In this document: piece by piece, positions 1 to 9,232 of the stretch
How positions within the stretch are numbered: the first letter of the stretch is position 1
Layout of the letters: each line of letters begins with the position of its first letter
NCBI GenBank assembly: GCA_033762915.1
Contig: JANRLD010000078.1
Location: 1 to 64,000, forward strand
Direction: 5' to 3'
Length of the DNA: 64,000 bases
Origin: Meiothermus sp.
Lineage (GTDB): Bacteria; Deinococcota; Deinococci; Deinococcales; Thermaceae
The notes under the pieces: generated by a model
The model's input: only the letters and a program-made list of their open reading frames with translations
Database searches by the model: none
Told to the model about the DNA's origin: nothing
Position numbers and translations under genes: made by a program

Positions 1-156
1 CGTCAGCCAGAACCCAATCCCCGCCCAAAACCCGTAGCGAAACCCGCCCTTGGTCAGCAACGGGACCAGCACGAACGGGGCCAACACCCCGAACCAGAAC
101 GGCGGCAGGCAAAGCGCCAACAGTGCGCCAAGGCCGATGGGCAGCAGAACTTGCAC
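1..156 (-). CDS. lnt: Apolipoprotein N-acyltransferase, N-terminal part (runs off the window)
   Basis: Manual translation from GTG at 156: MQVLLPIGLGALLALCLPPFWFGVLAPFVLVPLLTKGGFRYGFWAGIGFWLT, which fits the Lnt N-terminal pattern (LA..PP....LA...LVPL....GF..G..F). TAAACT lies 6 nt upstream. Confidence 0.65.
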   Translation of the reverse strand, partial: MQVLLPIGLGALLALCLPPFWFGVLAPFVLVPLLTKGGFRYGFWAGIGFWLT

Positions 157-278
157 CGGGAGAGTTTAGCAGGGGGTGAGGAGAGAGGAAAGAGGAAGGC
201 TCAAAGTGCAAGGCGCAAGGAGAAACCACGCGCGTCCAACCTTCTCTTGGCTGCTCTCCTCAGCGGCGCCTTTCGCGC

Positions 279-584
279 CTACAGACATAGCGTCCAGACC
301 GAATCTCGAGTCAGGTTGAGCTGGCGCGTGAAGGTCTCGGGGTCGTTGCCTGTGCCCACGGCGCGGAGGTCGTAGAAGCCGGGGCGCAGCTCGGTGAAGG
401 TTCTCGAGCCGCGCACCAGCCCGAAGTACCGGTTGTTGATGTAGAGGTAGACGCTCTGGTTGGCCCCAGTGCAGCGGTTCTGGATCAGCAGATCGTAGCG
501 GGGCCCGGCCGCCTGGGGCGGGGCGAGCCCTGGGGCACAGGCAGCCAGGGTGAGCACGGTCAGGGCCAATACGGTCCGCTTCAC
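279..584 (-). CDS. Small predicted lipoprotein, beta-rich domain
   Basis: GTG start gives MKRTVLALTVLTLAAC, a basic N-region, hydrophobic stretch and lipobox LAAC. Confidence 0.7.
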   Translation of the reverse strand: MKRTVLALTVLTLAACAPGLAPPQAAGPRYDLLIQNRCTGANQSVYLYINNRYFGLVRGSRTFTELRPGFYDLRAVGTGNDPETFTRQLNLTRDSVWTLCL

Positions 585-859
585 AGCACCATCATTGAGA
601 GACAGTCTGAGGAATGGGCAAGAGAGCCGGGGGGTTGGCGCCGGAACCAAAACGAGAACAGCTGTAAACCTCCCGCTGGCTCTGGCTCCCACCTCCCAAC
701 TCCGGCCCCCGGCTCCAGAAGGGGCCTCGGGGGAGAACAATGACCGAGGGGTGAGTACCAGCAAAAACTCGAATTCCCTTCACCTCCTACTCCTCTCAAC
801 CCTCAACCCTCAACCCATACTCTCCCTTCACCGAACAACTTTCGGTATACTGGCGCCGT

Positions 860-2026
860 ATGCTGATCCCCGTACTGCTGACCCTCCTCCACGGCGCGAA
901 CGACCTCTTCGGGGCCTTCCTGGCCCCGCTGTTGCCCAAGCTGCAACAGGCCTTCGTGGTCAGCTACGGGGCGGTCTCGGTGCTGGTGGCGCTGCAGTCG
1001 CTGACGGGGAGCCTGCTGCAGCCGGTGGCGGGCCTGATCGCCGACCGCTACGACCGGCGGCTTTTGGCAGCGCTGGGGCCGATCCTGATGGCGCTGGGCG
1101 GGGGGCTGCTGGGCTTCTTCCCACACCTGTGGGTGGCCGGGGTGGCGCTGGCGGTCTCAGGGCTGGGCTCGGCACTGTTCCATTCGGCGGCGGCGGCGAT
1201 GGTGGGGCAGTACGCGCCCGCCGGGCGGCGGGGATTCTGGGTCAGTTTATTCTCCACCGGGGGCTACACCGGGGCGGCACTGGCCCCGCTGGTCGCGCTC
1301 TCCATCGTTAATCAGGGTGAGGACCTGCCCCGCCTGGCGTGGCTGATCCCGCTGGCAATCCTGCCGGGCGTGCTGCTGATCGTTCTGGCCAAGCGCACGG
1401 TGCTGCGGGGCAAGCCCTCGAGCTTTTCCGACCTGGCTCGAGTCTTCCGGGGGCAGGTGGCCCGGCTATGGGCGGTGACCACCCTGCGCTCCATCGTCTT
1501 CATGAGCTTCTCCACCACCATCCCCTTCTGGTTTCACCAGCGCGGACTTTCCGACGACTGGGTGAAGGTGGTACTGACCGTCTACGCCCTGGCCGCCACC
1601 GCCGGGGCCTTCCTGGGCGGCACCCTCTCCGACGTGTTGGGACGGCGCACGGTGGTGGTGGGGACCATGTGGGTGGCAATCCCGCTGTATGTGGTGCTGC
1701 TGATCTTGCCCCCGGAGAGCTTCTGGTATTTACCGATCCTGGCCCTCACCGGGGCACTGATGAACGCGGTGGTTCCGGTGGCGGTGGTGATGGCCCAGGA
1801 GCACGAGCCCAAGCAGATGGCCACCGTCTCGGGGCTGCTGATGGGCTTCACCTGGGGCTTTGCGGGGCTCTTGTACGGGCTGGTGGGGCCGCTGGTGGAG
1901 GGCTTCGGGGTGATCCCCAGCCTTACCCTAATTGGGCTGCTGCTGATCCCGGCGCTGCTGCTTTCGCTGGGGGTGCGGGAGGCGGGCGGGCGCGAACAGT
2001 CAGGCAGCGCGGCGGTTAAGGCTTAA
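860..2026 (+). CDS. MFS transporter (Fsr-like)
   Basis: 388 aa with about 12 TM segments, motif A (GLIADRYDRR; GTLSDVLGRR) and an HGANDLF N-terminus typical of the Fsr family. Confidence 0.85.
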   Translation: MLIPVLLTLLHGANDLFGAFLAPLLPKLQQAFVVSYGAVSVLVALQSLTGSLLQPVAGLIADRYDRRLLAALGPILMALGGGLLGFFPHLWVAGVALAVSGLGSALFHSAAAAMVGQYAPAGRRGFWVSLFSTGGYTGAALAPLVALSIVNQGEDLPRLAWLIPLAILPGVLLIVLAKRTVLRGKPSSFSDLARVFRGQVARLWAVTTLRSIVFMSFSTTIPFWFHQRGLSDDWVKVVLTVYALAATAGAFLGGTLSDVLGRRTVVVGTMWVAIPLYVVLLILPPESFWYLPILALTGALMNAVVPVAVVMAQEHEPKQMATVSGLLMGFTWGFAGLLYGLVGPLVEGFGVIPSLTLIGLLLIPALLLSLGVREAGGREQSGSAAVKA

Positions 2027-2093
2027 CGCCTGGCCCGCCCTTAACGCCTAGCTTGGCCGATATTTGCCGCCGGAGCTGGCTAGACTTGATGGG

Positions 2094-2762
2094 ATGTCTG
2101 CCGCGAACCCCCTGCTAATTAGCGTCCACGTCGAGCCCGACCGGTACGACGCCGCACTGCGGGTGATCGGGCTGGCCCTCGAGGCCAGGGGCTACGAGGC
2201 CCCCGGCCACACCGACCGGGTGACCGAGTGGGCGGTGCAGCTCGGGCGCAAGCTGCGGCTCGGCCCGGAGCAACTGCGCGAACTGCGCTGGGGTGCCCTG
2301 CTGCACGACTGCGGCAAGATTATGCTCCCCGACCAAATCCTGCTCAAGCCGGGCCGCCTGACCCCGCACGAGCGGCACCTTATGGAGGTTCACGTCGAGC
2401 ACGGGGTTCGCATCGTGGATCGGCTGGGCTTTGTGCCGAGGGGCTCGAGACAAGTGATCCTATGTCACCACGAGCGCTGGGATGGTCAGGGCTACCCGCA
2501 GCGCCTCAAGGGAGCCAAGATCCCCCTACTGGCCCGCATCTTTGCGGTGGTGGAGGTCTACGACGCCCTACTGGGCGAGCGGGTCTACAAGCCCGCCATG
2601 ACCGAGGGTGAGGCCCTCAAAGAACTCTGGGGGGCCGCCAAATCCGGCCAACTCGAGCCCCGCCTGGTAGAGACCTTCGCTCGCATGATGGACGCCCCGC
2701 AGATCGAGGTGGAGGCGCTCGGCGACGAGCCCAAGAACAGCTACACCTATTGGGAGGAATGA
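2094..2762 (+). CDS. Stand-alone HD-GYP domain protein (cyclic dinucleotide phosphodiesterase family)
   Basis: HDCGK, HHERWDGQGYP and RVYK motifs. ATG at 2094 lies 7 nt after TAGACT. Confidence 0.85.
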   Translation: MSAANPLLISVHVEPDRYDAALRVIGLALEARGYEAPGHTDRVTEWAVQLGRKLRLGPEQLRELRWGALLHDCGKIMLPDQILLKPGRLTPHERHLMEVHVEHGVRIVDRLGFVPRGSRQVILCHHERWDGQGYPQRLKGAKIPLLARIFAVVEVYDALLGERVYKPAMTEGEALKELWGAAKSGQLEPRLVETFARMMDAPQIEVEALGDEPKNSYTYWEE

Positions 2763-2849
2763 CGACAGTTCGCGCCACCTCGCACATCCGGGCCTCCGTG
2801 CGGGGGATTCGTGGGATAGGCTGTTGGGGAACAGGGGCCGGGAACCGCT

Positions 2850-3905
2850 CTAGGGCGTCGGAAGGTCCGGGAAGACGCGGACGCTGAGGGCCAGCCGGAG
2901 GGAGAACGGCTCGGGGCCGAGTCGTGCGAAGAGGATGCTCTCGATCTGAACGTCCTCCCGCGCCCAGGTGTACCCCAGACCGAGCTGTGCCCTCAGCGCA
3001 TCGGGGTCGAAGAACACCTTGATCACACCACTCCACAAATCCTCTTCTCCCTGCGGTAGGGTGACCTGCCCGGCGATCAGCGGGCGGACGGGCTCGAGCA
3101 CGCTCGGCGCAGCCCGTCCGCCCTCGAGCATCCACATCCCGTCTCCCAGCGCCCCGCTCACCCCGAGCAGGTAGCGCCAGTCGGCCGGGTAGCCCAACGC
3201 CCAGACTTCAGCGTACAAGACCCTCTCGGCAAACGTTCCGCTGCCACCGAACCCAGCAAAAACCTGGTCGCCCCGATAGAGCAGGTGGCCCTCGAGCTCG
3301 AAATCCCCGAACTCCCGCCGCAAGCTGAGGACGGGCGCAACCGCTCCGGAATCTTCCAGCAGCGCCAGACGCACTCGAGCCCCCGCAGGGTTCCAGCTCG
3401 CCCGAATGCCCCATCGGCCCTGCCGGTTTCCCAGCGAACCCAGCGGCTCGAGGCCAAAGGGCAAGCTCAGCCGGGCGGTCTCGAGAGGCAGGCGCTCGAG
3501 GCCCGCGCTCAGGTCAAACTCGCCCTGCCGGTACAGCGCGTACAGCTCGGTCAGGCCGGCGTCCGAGGTTGCTCGCTGCGCGAAGCTCACCGCGGGGTCG
3601 AGCACGAGGTTGAGGGTGACGGGCTCGAGACCATACCGTGCCTCAAAGTGCGCTCCAATTCCCCAGGACGCCGACGGCGGCCGCAGGGCGTCGAGGGCGA
3701 ATGCGCCGGTCAGGCGGAACTCGAGCCTGGTCTCGAGGGCTTGCGCCAGGGCCGGCGGGAAGCAAGAGGCGAGAAACAAGAGGCAAAAAACCACGAGCCA
3801 CTGGCGTTTAGCGATGAGCCAAAGCGAAAACGCCGTGGGGCAAGCTCCTTCAGCCCATCTTGAGGTCGGCAGCTTGGTGCGCTTGCGCACCCAAAAGGTG
3901 TTCAC
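2850..3905 (-). CDS. Exported protein, probable outer-membrane beta-barrel, last gene of the ABC operon
   Basis: GGAGG RBS before GTG at 3905, signal-peptide-like FCLLFLASCFPPALA, alternating amphipathic beta strands, ELYALY..G.FDLSAG motif. Start position uncertain. Confidence 0.6.
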   Translation of the reverse strand: MNTFWVRKRTKLPTSRWAEGACPTAFSLWLIAKRQWLVVFCLLFLASCFPPALAQALETRLEFRLTGAFALDALRPPSASWGIGAHFEARYGLEPVTLNLVLDPAVSFAQRATSDAGLTELYALYRQGEFDLSAGLERLPLETARLSLPFGLEPLGSLGNRQGRWGIRASWNPAGARVRLALLEDSGAVAPVLSLRREFGDFELEGHLLYRGDQVFAGFGGSGTFAERVLYAEVWALGYPADWRYLLGVSGALGDGMWMLEGGRAAPSVLEPVRPLIAGQVTLPQGEEDLWSGVIKVFFDPDALRAQLGLGYTWAREDVQIESILFARLGPEPFSLRLALSVRVFPDLPTP

Positions 3906-3934
3906 CTTCCCTCCTTCCCACTTTCCCTTGGCTT

Positions 3935-4609
3935 TCAGGCGGCAATCCGCCCGTCCTCTAGCCGCACCACCCGATTGACCCGCTCGAGCAGCCTGGGGTC
4001 GTGGGTGCTGAAGACGAAGGTCACGCCCTCTTCGCGGTTCAGCTTGTGCAGGTGCTCGATCAAGGCCAGGCCGGTCTTGGAGTCGAGGTTGGCGGTAGGC
4101 TCGTCGGCCAGGATGATCTTGGGGCCAGCGGCCAGTGCCCTGGCTACCGCGACGCGCTGCTGCTGCCCGCCCGAGAGCTGGTTGGGGCGGCGATCGGCGT
4201 ACGCCGCCATGCCCAGCGTCTCGAGGGCCGCCATCGCCTTCTTCTCCCGCTCGGCCCTGGACTCGCCGCGCAACTCGAGGACGAAGGCGGCGTTCTCCAG
4301 CGCCGTCAAGACGGGGATCAAGTTGTAGGCCTGGAACACGAACCCCACATTCCACAGCCGCAGGTCGGCCAGCCTGCCCTTTTCGAGCGGGTCTATGCGC
4401 TCGCCAGCCAACCAGACCTCGCCCGAGCTGGGCTTGTCCAGGCCGCCCATCAGGTGCAAGAGCGTACTCTTACCCGAGCCTGACGGACCCGCTAGCGCGG
4501 TGAACTCACCAGGGCCGACCCCCAGGCTCACCCCGCGCAGGGCTTGCGTCTCCACACTGTCGAGCTTGTAGGTTTTGGTCAGGTCTTTGACCAGCAGGAT
4601 TGGGTTCAC
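3935..4609 (-). CDS. ABC transporter ATP-binding protein (LolD/MacB type)
   Basis: Walker A GPSGSGKS, signature LSGGQQQRVA, ILADEPTANLD. Confidence 0.95.
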   Translation of the reverse strand: MNPILLVKDLTKTYKLDSVETQALRGVSLGVGPGEFTALAGPSGSGKSTLLHLMGGLDKPSSGEVWLAGERIDPLEKGRLADLRLWNVGFVFQAYNLIPVLTALENAAFVLELRGESRAEREKKAMAALETLGMAAYADRRPNQLSGGQQQRVAVARALAAGPKIILADEPTANLDSKTGLALIEHLHKLNREEGVTFVFSTHDPRLLERVNRVVRLEDGRIAA

Positions 4610-4711
4610 TATCCCTCCGAGGATGCCCGAAGGCGAGGAAAGAGGTGAGGACGAGAGCGCGACGAGGAGGTGCGGCTGTTCATGCTTATCCTTCTCTGCT
4701 TCCGCTGCACT

Positions 4712-5947
4712 TCAAGCCGCGAAGCGCATCGCCTCGACCGGCTCCAGCCGCGCCGCCACCCGCGCGGGCCACCAGGCCGCGATCAGGCCGGTGAGCAGGG
4801 CCAGGGCGACCGTCACCAGCAGGTCGTAGGGGCCGAGACTCACGTAAAGCACCTCGGGCATACCGAAGTCGCCGGCGGCCTGTCCCCACAGGGCTTCGGT
4901 GGGCAGCCCTCGCGAGAGCCCCAGCACCAGCAGCATGCCGAGCACGGCTCCCACCGCGGCTCCCACCACGCACAGCAGCAAACTCTCGAGCAGCACCATC
5001 CGGGTCATCTTGCCCGGGCCCGCGCCCAGCGCCACAATCACCCCGAACTCTCTGGTGCGCTCGAGCAGGCTCAGGTAAATGGTGTTGACCACCAACAGCC
5101 CGGCCAGCCCGAAGAAGATCAGGGTGAACGAGAGCCCCAGCGGCCCGATGATCTGTAGAATCTGAGCCAGCGCAGGGTTGGCCTCGCGCCAGGTCTCGAG
5201 GGCGAGCCCAGGGCCGAGGGCCGAAGCCATGGCGGGCTGCAAGCCGGCGAGCGCGAAATCCTGGTTGAGGCGGGTGAAGGACAGGTGCAGCTCGAGCCGG
5301 GTTGCACCGCCTGGTGCAGCCAGGTCCTGGGCGGCGGTCAGCGAAACGAAGGCGGTGCGGGCCTCGGCGGCGCTGTCGGCGACCCTGACCAGCCCCACCA
5401 CCCGGTAGATCGCCGCCCCCGCGCCCTCGGTGCCGGGCGCATAGACGTATACCGGGTCGCCCATCTTCACCTTGAGGGCGCTGGCGAGCCCCACGCCCAG
5501 CGCGATACCGCCGGGCTCGGTCGGCAGCCGGCCCTCCCGCAGGTACTCCCGGCTGAACTGCTCGCGCAGACGCTCGGGCTGCTCCCTGCCGATGAGCACC
5601 ACCCCTCGAGAGCGCCCCTCGCCCGATAGCAGTGCGGGCACCTCCAGCGACACCACCATCTGGGTTCCGGCGGTCGGTTGGGCTTGCTCGAGCCGGCCCC
5701 GCACGCCCTCGACGTTGGGAATGATCTGGTCGCGCAGCTCGCGCTTGTCGCGGTAGCCGGCCACCCGCACCTGGAAGTGCCCCGCCGCGTCGGTCAGCGA
5801 GACGTACAGGCTGTTCTCGAAAGCCCCCAGGAACCCCCGAAACAAGAGCGTGTAAAACACCGCCAGCGCCACCACGCCCAGCGTGATCAGGCTGCGCCCG
5901 CGCTGCCGCCAGACGTTGCGCCACGCAAGTGGGAAGAGGTCGAACAT
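4712..5947 (-). CDS. ABC permease, FtsX/MacB/LolE family
   Basis: LAWRNVWRQRGRS N-terminus, ERTREFG motif, C-terminal PARVAARLEPVEAMR. Confidence 0.9.
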   Translation of the reverse strand: MFDLFPLAWRNVWRQRGRSLITLGVVALAVFYTLLFRGFLGAFENSLYVSLTDAAGHFQVRVAGYRDKRELRDQIIPNVEGVRGRLEQAQPTAGTQMVVSLEVPALLSGEGRSRGVVLIGREQPERLREQFSREYLREGRLPTEPGGIALGVGLASALKVKMGDPVYVYAPGTEGAGAAIYRVVGLVRVADSAAEARTAFVSLTAAQDLAAPGGATRLELHLSFTRLNQDFALAGLQPAMASALGPGLALETWREANPALAQILQIIGPLGLSFTLIFFGLAGLLVVNTIYLSLLERTREFGVIVALGAGPGKMTRMVLLESLLLCVVGAAVGAVLGMLLVLGLSRGLPTEALWGQAAGDFGMPEVLYVSLGPYDLLVTVALALLTGLIAAWWPARVAARLEPVEAMRFAA

Positions 5948-6048
5948 GCTTTCTCCTATTCGGGCTTTTCAAGGCTAAAGGCCTGGAGGTCGAAGGTCTG
6001 TAAGGACCTCTTGGCTCTTGGCTCTCGGCCACAGACCCTGGCGATCCC

Positions 6049-6801
6049 TCAACACCCCGTTTCCAGCGCCCGCTGCGTGAAACAGCCCTGCGGCAGGCTG
6101 ACGCCGAACTGGTAGCCGCTGTAGACCAGGGTGGTACGGTTGCCGGGGCGCAGCAGGTCTTCGATGGCCATCTGCACCGGGAAGGTACGGCCGCCGGCCT
6201 CGGCGAACTGAGAGAAGCTGATCCGGCGCACGGCCTGGTTGCGCTGGTCGAAGTAGGTCACCTCGAGCGGCACGAACCCCTTCAGCCGGGCTTTGAGCGT
6301 GACCTTGCCGTAGGGGGTGGGGGCGTCGGGCCTAGGGGTGAGCTCGAGGGTCAGCGTCTCGGCGTCCTCGGAGGCGACCTTGGGGGTGTAGTCGTGCTCG
6401 AGGTCGCGCCCGGCGAGGTCGCTGTAGGACAAGTCAGAGCCAAGGAAACTATCCGAGCGCCCGCTGGGCGGCAGCCGCAGAACCCGCTTGAGGGCGGGGT
6501 TGTAGATCAGGATGTTCTCGCCGTCGCGCAAGAAGGCCTGGCCCGCCTCCCGGGCCGGGGCCTTGACCCGGCTCAAGGCCCGCTGGTTGCCGTCGCTCAC
6601 GATGTCCAGCACGTACTGGGTCTGTCGGTCGGGCCGGACCACGTTCAGCGTCAGCGTCGCCCGCAGGGTTCCGCCGCGCTGGTTGTCCACGACGGACTTA
6701 AGGACGGCCCGGGGGTCGCGCTGTGCGTGTGCATACCCGGCGAGGAGCGCGCAACACGCGATAAGCCCCAGGATCTTGCCTCCCGCTATCAAGTAGTTCA
6801 T
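6049..6801 (-). CDS. Outer-membrane lipoprotein-sorting protein (LolA-like fold)
   Basis: Signal peptide (AHA|Q), SFLGSDLSYSDL motif, located between two FtsX-type permeases. Confidence 0.8.
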   Translation of the reverse strand: MNYLIAGGKILGLIACCALLAGYAHAQRDPRAVLKSVVDNQRGGTLRATLTLNVVRPDRQTQYVLDIVSDGNQRALSRVKAPAREAGQAFLRDGENILIYNPALKRVLRLPPSGRSDSFLGSDLSYSDLAGRDLEHDYTPKVASEDAETLTLELTPRPDAPTPYGKVTLKARLKGFVPLEVTYFDQRNQAVRRISFSQFAEAGGRTFPVQMAIEDLLRPGNRTTLVYSGYQFGVSLPQGCFTQRALETGC

Positions 6802-6818
6802 ACCTTCAACTCCCGCTC

Positions 6819-8078
6819 TCAGTCTGTCTTCAGGGCCTCAGCCGCGTTCAGCCGCAACACCCGCCGGGCCGGGATCCAGACCGAGAAGATCGCCGCGAGC
6901 GCGATGGTTCCAGCGGCGTAGAGGGCGTAGACCGGCTTCTGGGCGGTGTAGATTTCCTGGCCGGTGCCCAAGCTCTGGAAGGCCCCGCCGTAGCCGGCGA
7001 AGAGCGGCCCCAGCACATTGAAGTTGGCCAGCCAGGCGTTGACGCCGTAGCCCACCGCCAGCCCGATCAGCCAGCCCAGCGAGGTGGCGAAAACCGCCTC
7101 GAGCGTCACCATCTGGGCCATCCGCCGGGGGTTCATCCCAACCGCGGTGGTCACTCCGAACTCCCGGGTGCGCTCGAGCACGCTCACCAGCACCGTGCTG
7201 GTGACCGCCAGCGCCGCGAAGATCGAGAACAGCAGGGCAATCACGGTGATCGAGGCCTGTTTGGTGCCCACCGCCTGTGACAGACCGCCCAGCAGTTGCG
7301 AGAGGTCGTAGGCCCTGGTGCCGCCCGGGAGGACGGGCTGCACGGCTCGAGCCACAGCCGCCTCCTGGCCCCTGGGCACATCCAGCGCGACACCGGTCGC
7401 GGTCTTTAGGCCGGTGAGCCCTCGAGCCTGACCGATGTCCAGCAGCACCGCACCGTCGTCCACCGCCGCGACCCCAGAGTCGGCGACCCCGACCAAGGTC
7501 AGCCCCGCCGCCTGCTGGCCCGCCGAGGCGCTCACCTCGAGCACCACGCGCTCCCCGAGCCGTACGTCGAGCCGCGCCGCGAGGTTCTTGCCCAGCACCA
7601 CCTCGCCCGGCTTCTGCAGCATCCGACCCTGCCGGATACTGCCGGGGATGCCGCTCACCCCGGCCTCGAGGCCGGGGTCGACCCCTCGAGCCTGCACCCC
7701 CTGCGAGGTGTACGCCGAGCGCAGCAGTCCGGGAAACTCCAGCCGTGGCGCGACGTTCCGCACCCCAGGCTGGCCCTTCAGCGCGTCCACGAAGGCCAGG
7801 CTGGACAGGCCGTTGGCGGGGTCGGGGTCATGGAAGTACGCCTCGCTACTAACGATGGCAGGGGCGCTCAGGAAGCGGGCGTTGCCCGTCATCATCGAGT
7901 CGAAGAAGCCGTCCTGCAGGCCCCAGAACAGGATGATCGAGACCGTCGCATAGATCACCACCAGCATCAGCAGCCAAGTACGCCGCCGGTGCCGCCAGAG
8001 GTTGCGCCAGGCCAGCCGGGGCAGTGCGCCGAAGTTGGCGGGCTGCCGGGGCAGCGTGAGCGAGCTGGGTTGTGCCAT
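6819..8078 (-). CDS. ABC permease, FtsX/MacB/LolE family
   Basis: GGAGG RBS before ATG at 8078, LAWRNLWRHRRRT, ERTREFG, PARRVLRLNAAEALK. Confidence 0.9.
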   Translation of the reverse strand: MAQPSSLTLPRQPANFGALPRLAWRNLWRHRRRTWLLMLVVIYATVSIILFWGLQDGFFDSMMTGNARFLSAPAIVSSEAYFHDPDPANGLSSLAFVDALKGQPGVRNVAPRLEFPGLLRSAYTSQGVQARGVDPGLEAGVSGIPGSIRQGRMLQKPGEVVLGKNLAARLDVRLGERVVLEVSASAGQQAAGLTLVGVADSGVAAVDDGAVLLDIGQARGLTGLKTATGVALDVPRGQEAAVARAVQPVLPGGTRAYDLSQLLGGLSQAVGTKQASITVIALLFSIFAALAVTSTVLVSVLERTREFGVTTAVGMNPRRMAQMVTLEAVFATSLGWLIGLAVGYGVNAWLANFNVLGPLFAGYGGAFQSLGTGQEIYTAQKPVYALYAAGTIALAAIFSVWIPARRVLRLNAAEALKTD

Positions 8079-8312
8079 GGTTACCTCCCGGGGAAGGCCG
8101 GGCGGCCTCGAGCATTGTGCCCGAGCGTCCGCATCCAAACCTTTCTACGTACCTCCCGCGTGTGTGGTGCCCGGCCGCAGGCCGGTCCAGAATTGCGCCC
8201 AAGTTACCTCAGGTCTACGCGGGTCAGAGGGGGCAACTGTGACGTTGCTGGCGCAACTCCCTAGGGGCGTTTAGGGGCGGCATCTCCTTCAGCGATGCCG
8301 ACACTTAGGTCG

Positions 8313-8816
8313 CTAGCGCGACCGGGAGGGCTTTGTCCTGCGGGCGGGCGGGGCCTCATGCTCCACCTCCTCGGGCTCGCGGTAGTTCTCGAAGAAGTTG
8401 TCTATCAGCACCGCGACCCGGTTGTAGAAGTGCTCCATGCTCTTGAGGCGCTTGCGGGTGGGCGGGGAAAGGCCCTCCAGCCGCGCCCCCCGCTGGATCA
8501 GGGCGGAGAGGGCCAGCGAGGCGTTGAGCTTCATCTGTACGGTCTTGATGTGGTGGCCATCGGCAGCTCGGTAGTAGTCACGGCGGTCGCCGGGAACGGT
8601 GCTTTTCTCGACAATATACATAGCCTGGAGCTGCCGGGCCATCGTCGAGGCGCTGGCCTTGGAGATGTTGAGCTCGTTGGCGATCTGCTCGAGGCTCAAG
8701 TGGGGCGCGTCGGTGACCAGCAGCAGCCCGTACATCCGCCCGAAAATGCGCGGCATGCCGTACTGCTCGAAGAACAGCCCGAAGTCCTCGATCAGCTTGT
8801 CTCGCGGGGCCAACAC
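8313..8816 (-). CDS. GbsR/MarR-family transcriptional regulator
   Basis: FEQYGMPRIFGRMYGLL, HTH LEQIANELNISKASAS, PGDRRDYY wing. Confidence 0.85.
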   Translation of the reverse strand: MLAPRDKLIEDFGLFFEQYGMPRIFGRMYGLLLVTDAPHLSLEQIANELNISKASASTMARQLQAMYIVEKSTVPGDRRDYYRAADGHHIKTVQMKLNASLALSALIQRGARLEGLSPPTRKRLKSMEHFYNRVAVLIDNFFENYREPEEVEHEAPPARRTKPSRSR

Positions 8817-8831
8817 GCCTTAAGTTTACTA

Positions 8832-8869
8832 TGTTCATTTCGTTCAGTCAATACTGAACGAAATGAACA
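8832..8869. promoter_or_regulatory. Perfect 17-4-17 inverted repeat, probable autoregulatory operator
   Basis: TGTTCATTTCGTTCAGT-CAAT-ACTGAACGAAATGAACA, directly upstream of the minus-strand -10 box TAAACT (8823-8828) of the regulator gene. Confidence 0.7.
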
Positions 8870-8899
8870 ATACTCATACAACTCGAACAGGACGCACTC

Positions 8900-9119
8900 A
8901 TCACGTTTCCCACCATTACCTCCCTCACGGCGGCAGGTAATGTACTCCCTAACAGCAAAAACCGCCCGCTTTAGCGCCGAAGGGAGTAAGTTGCTCCAGG
9001 GCAGATTTGCAAGACCGGCGAACGCCGAAAACATGTGTCTGGCGCAATTCCCAACGGGTGTTTCGGGGCGGGTTCCTGCATTTCAACTATGGAGATACTT
9101 ATGTGTGGGAACCGCTCTC
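8900..9119. repeat. Repeat family B element with a family A element nested inside
   Basis: Ends TTTCCCACCATTAC... and GTGGGAACCGCT match the element at 32362-32467. Internal 8987-9101 matches the element at 32966-33122. Confidence 0.6.
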
Positions 9120-9232
9120 AGGGCCGGTGCACCTCCTCGAGGCTACCCCCAAGAACGCTGGGAGTTCCGGGCCACACCAGACAGCCCGAGCCAGAAGGTC
9201 CAGAGGTGGGGGTCACGGGTAGCCAACGACAC

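Noticed and set aside
3906..4355. 501-aa ORF overlapping the ABC ATPase (possible frameshift fusion)
   Set aside because: The ATPase is complete with its own stop and the downstream gene has its own RBS. Open alternative frames are common at this GC content.
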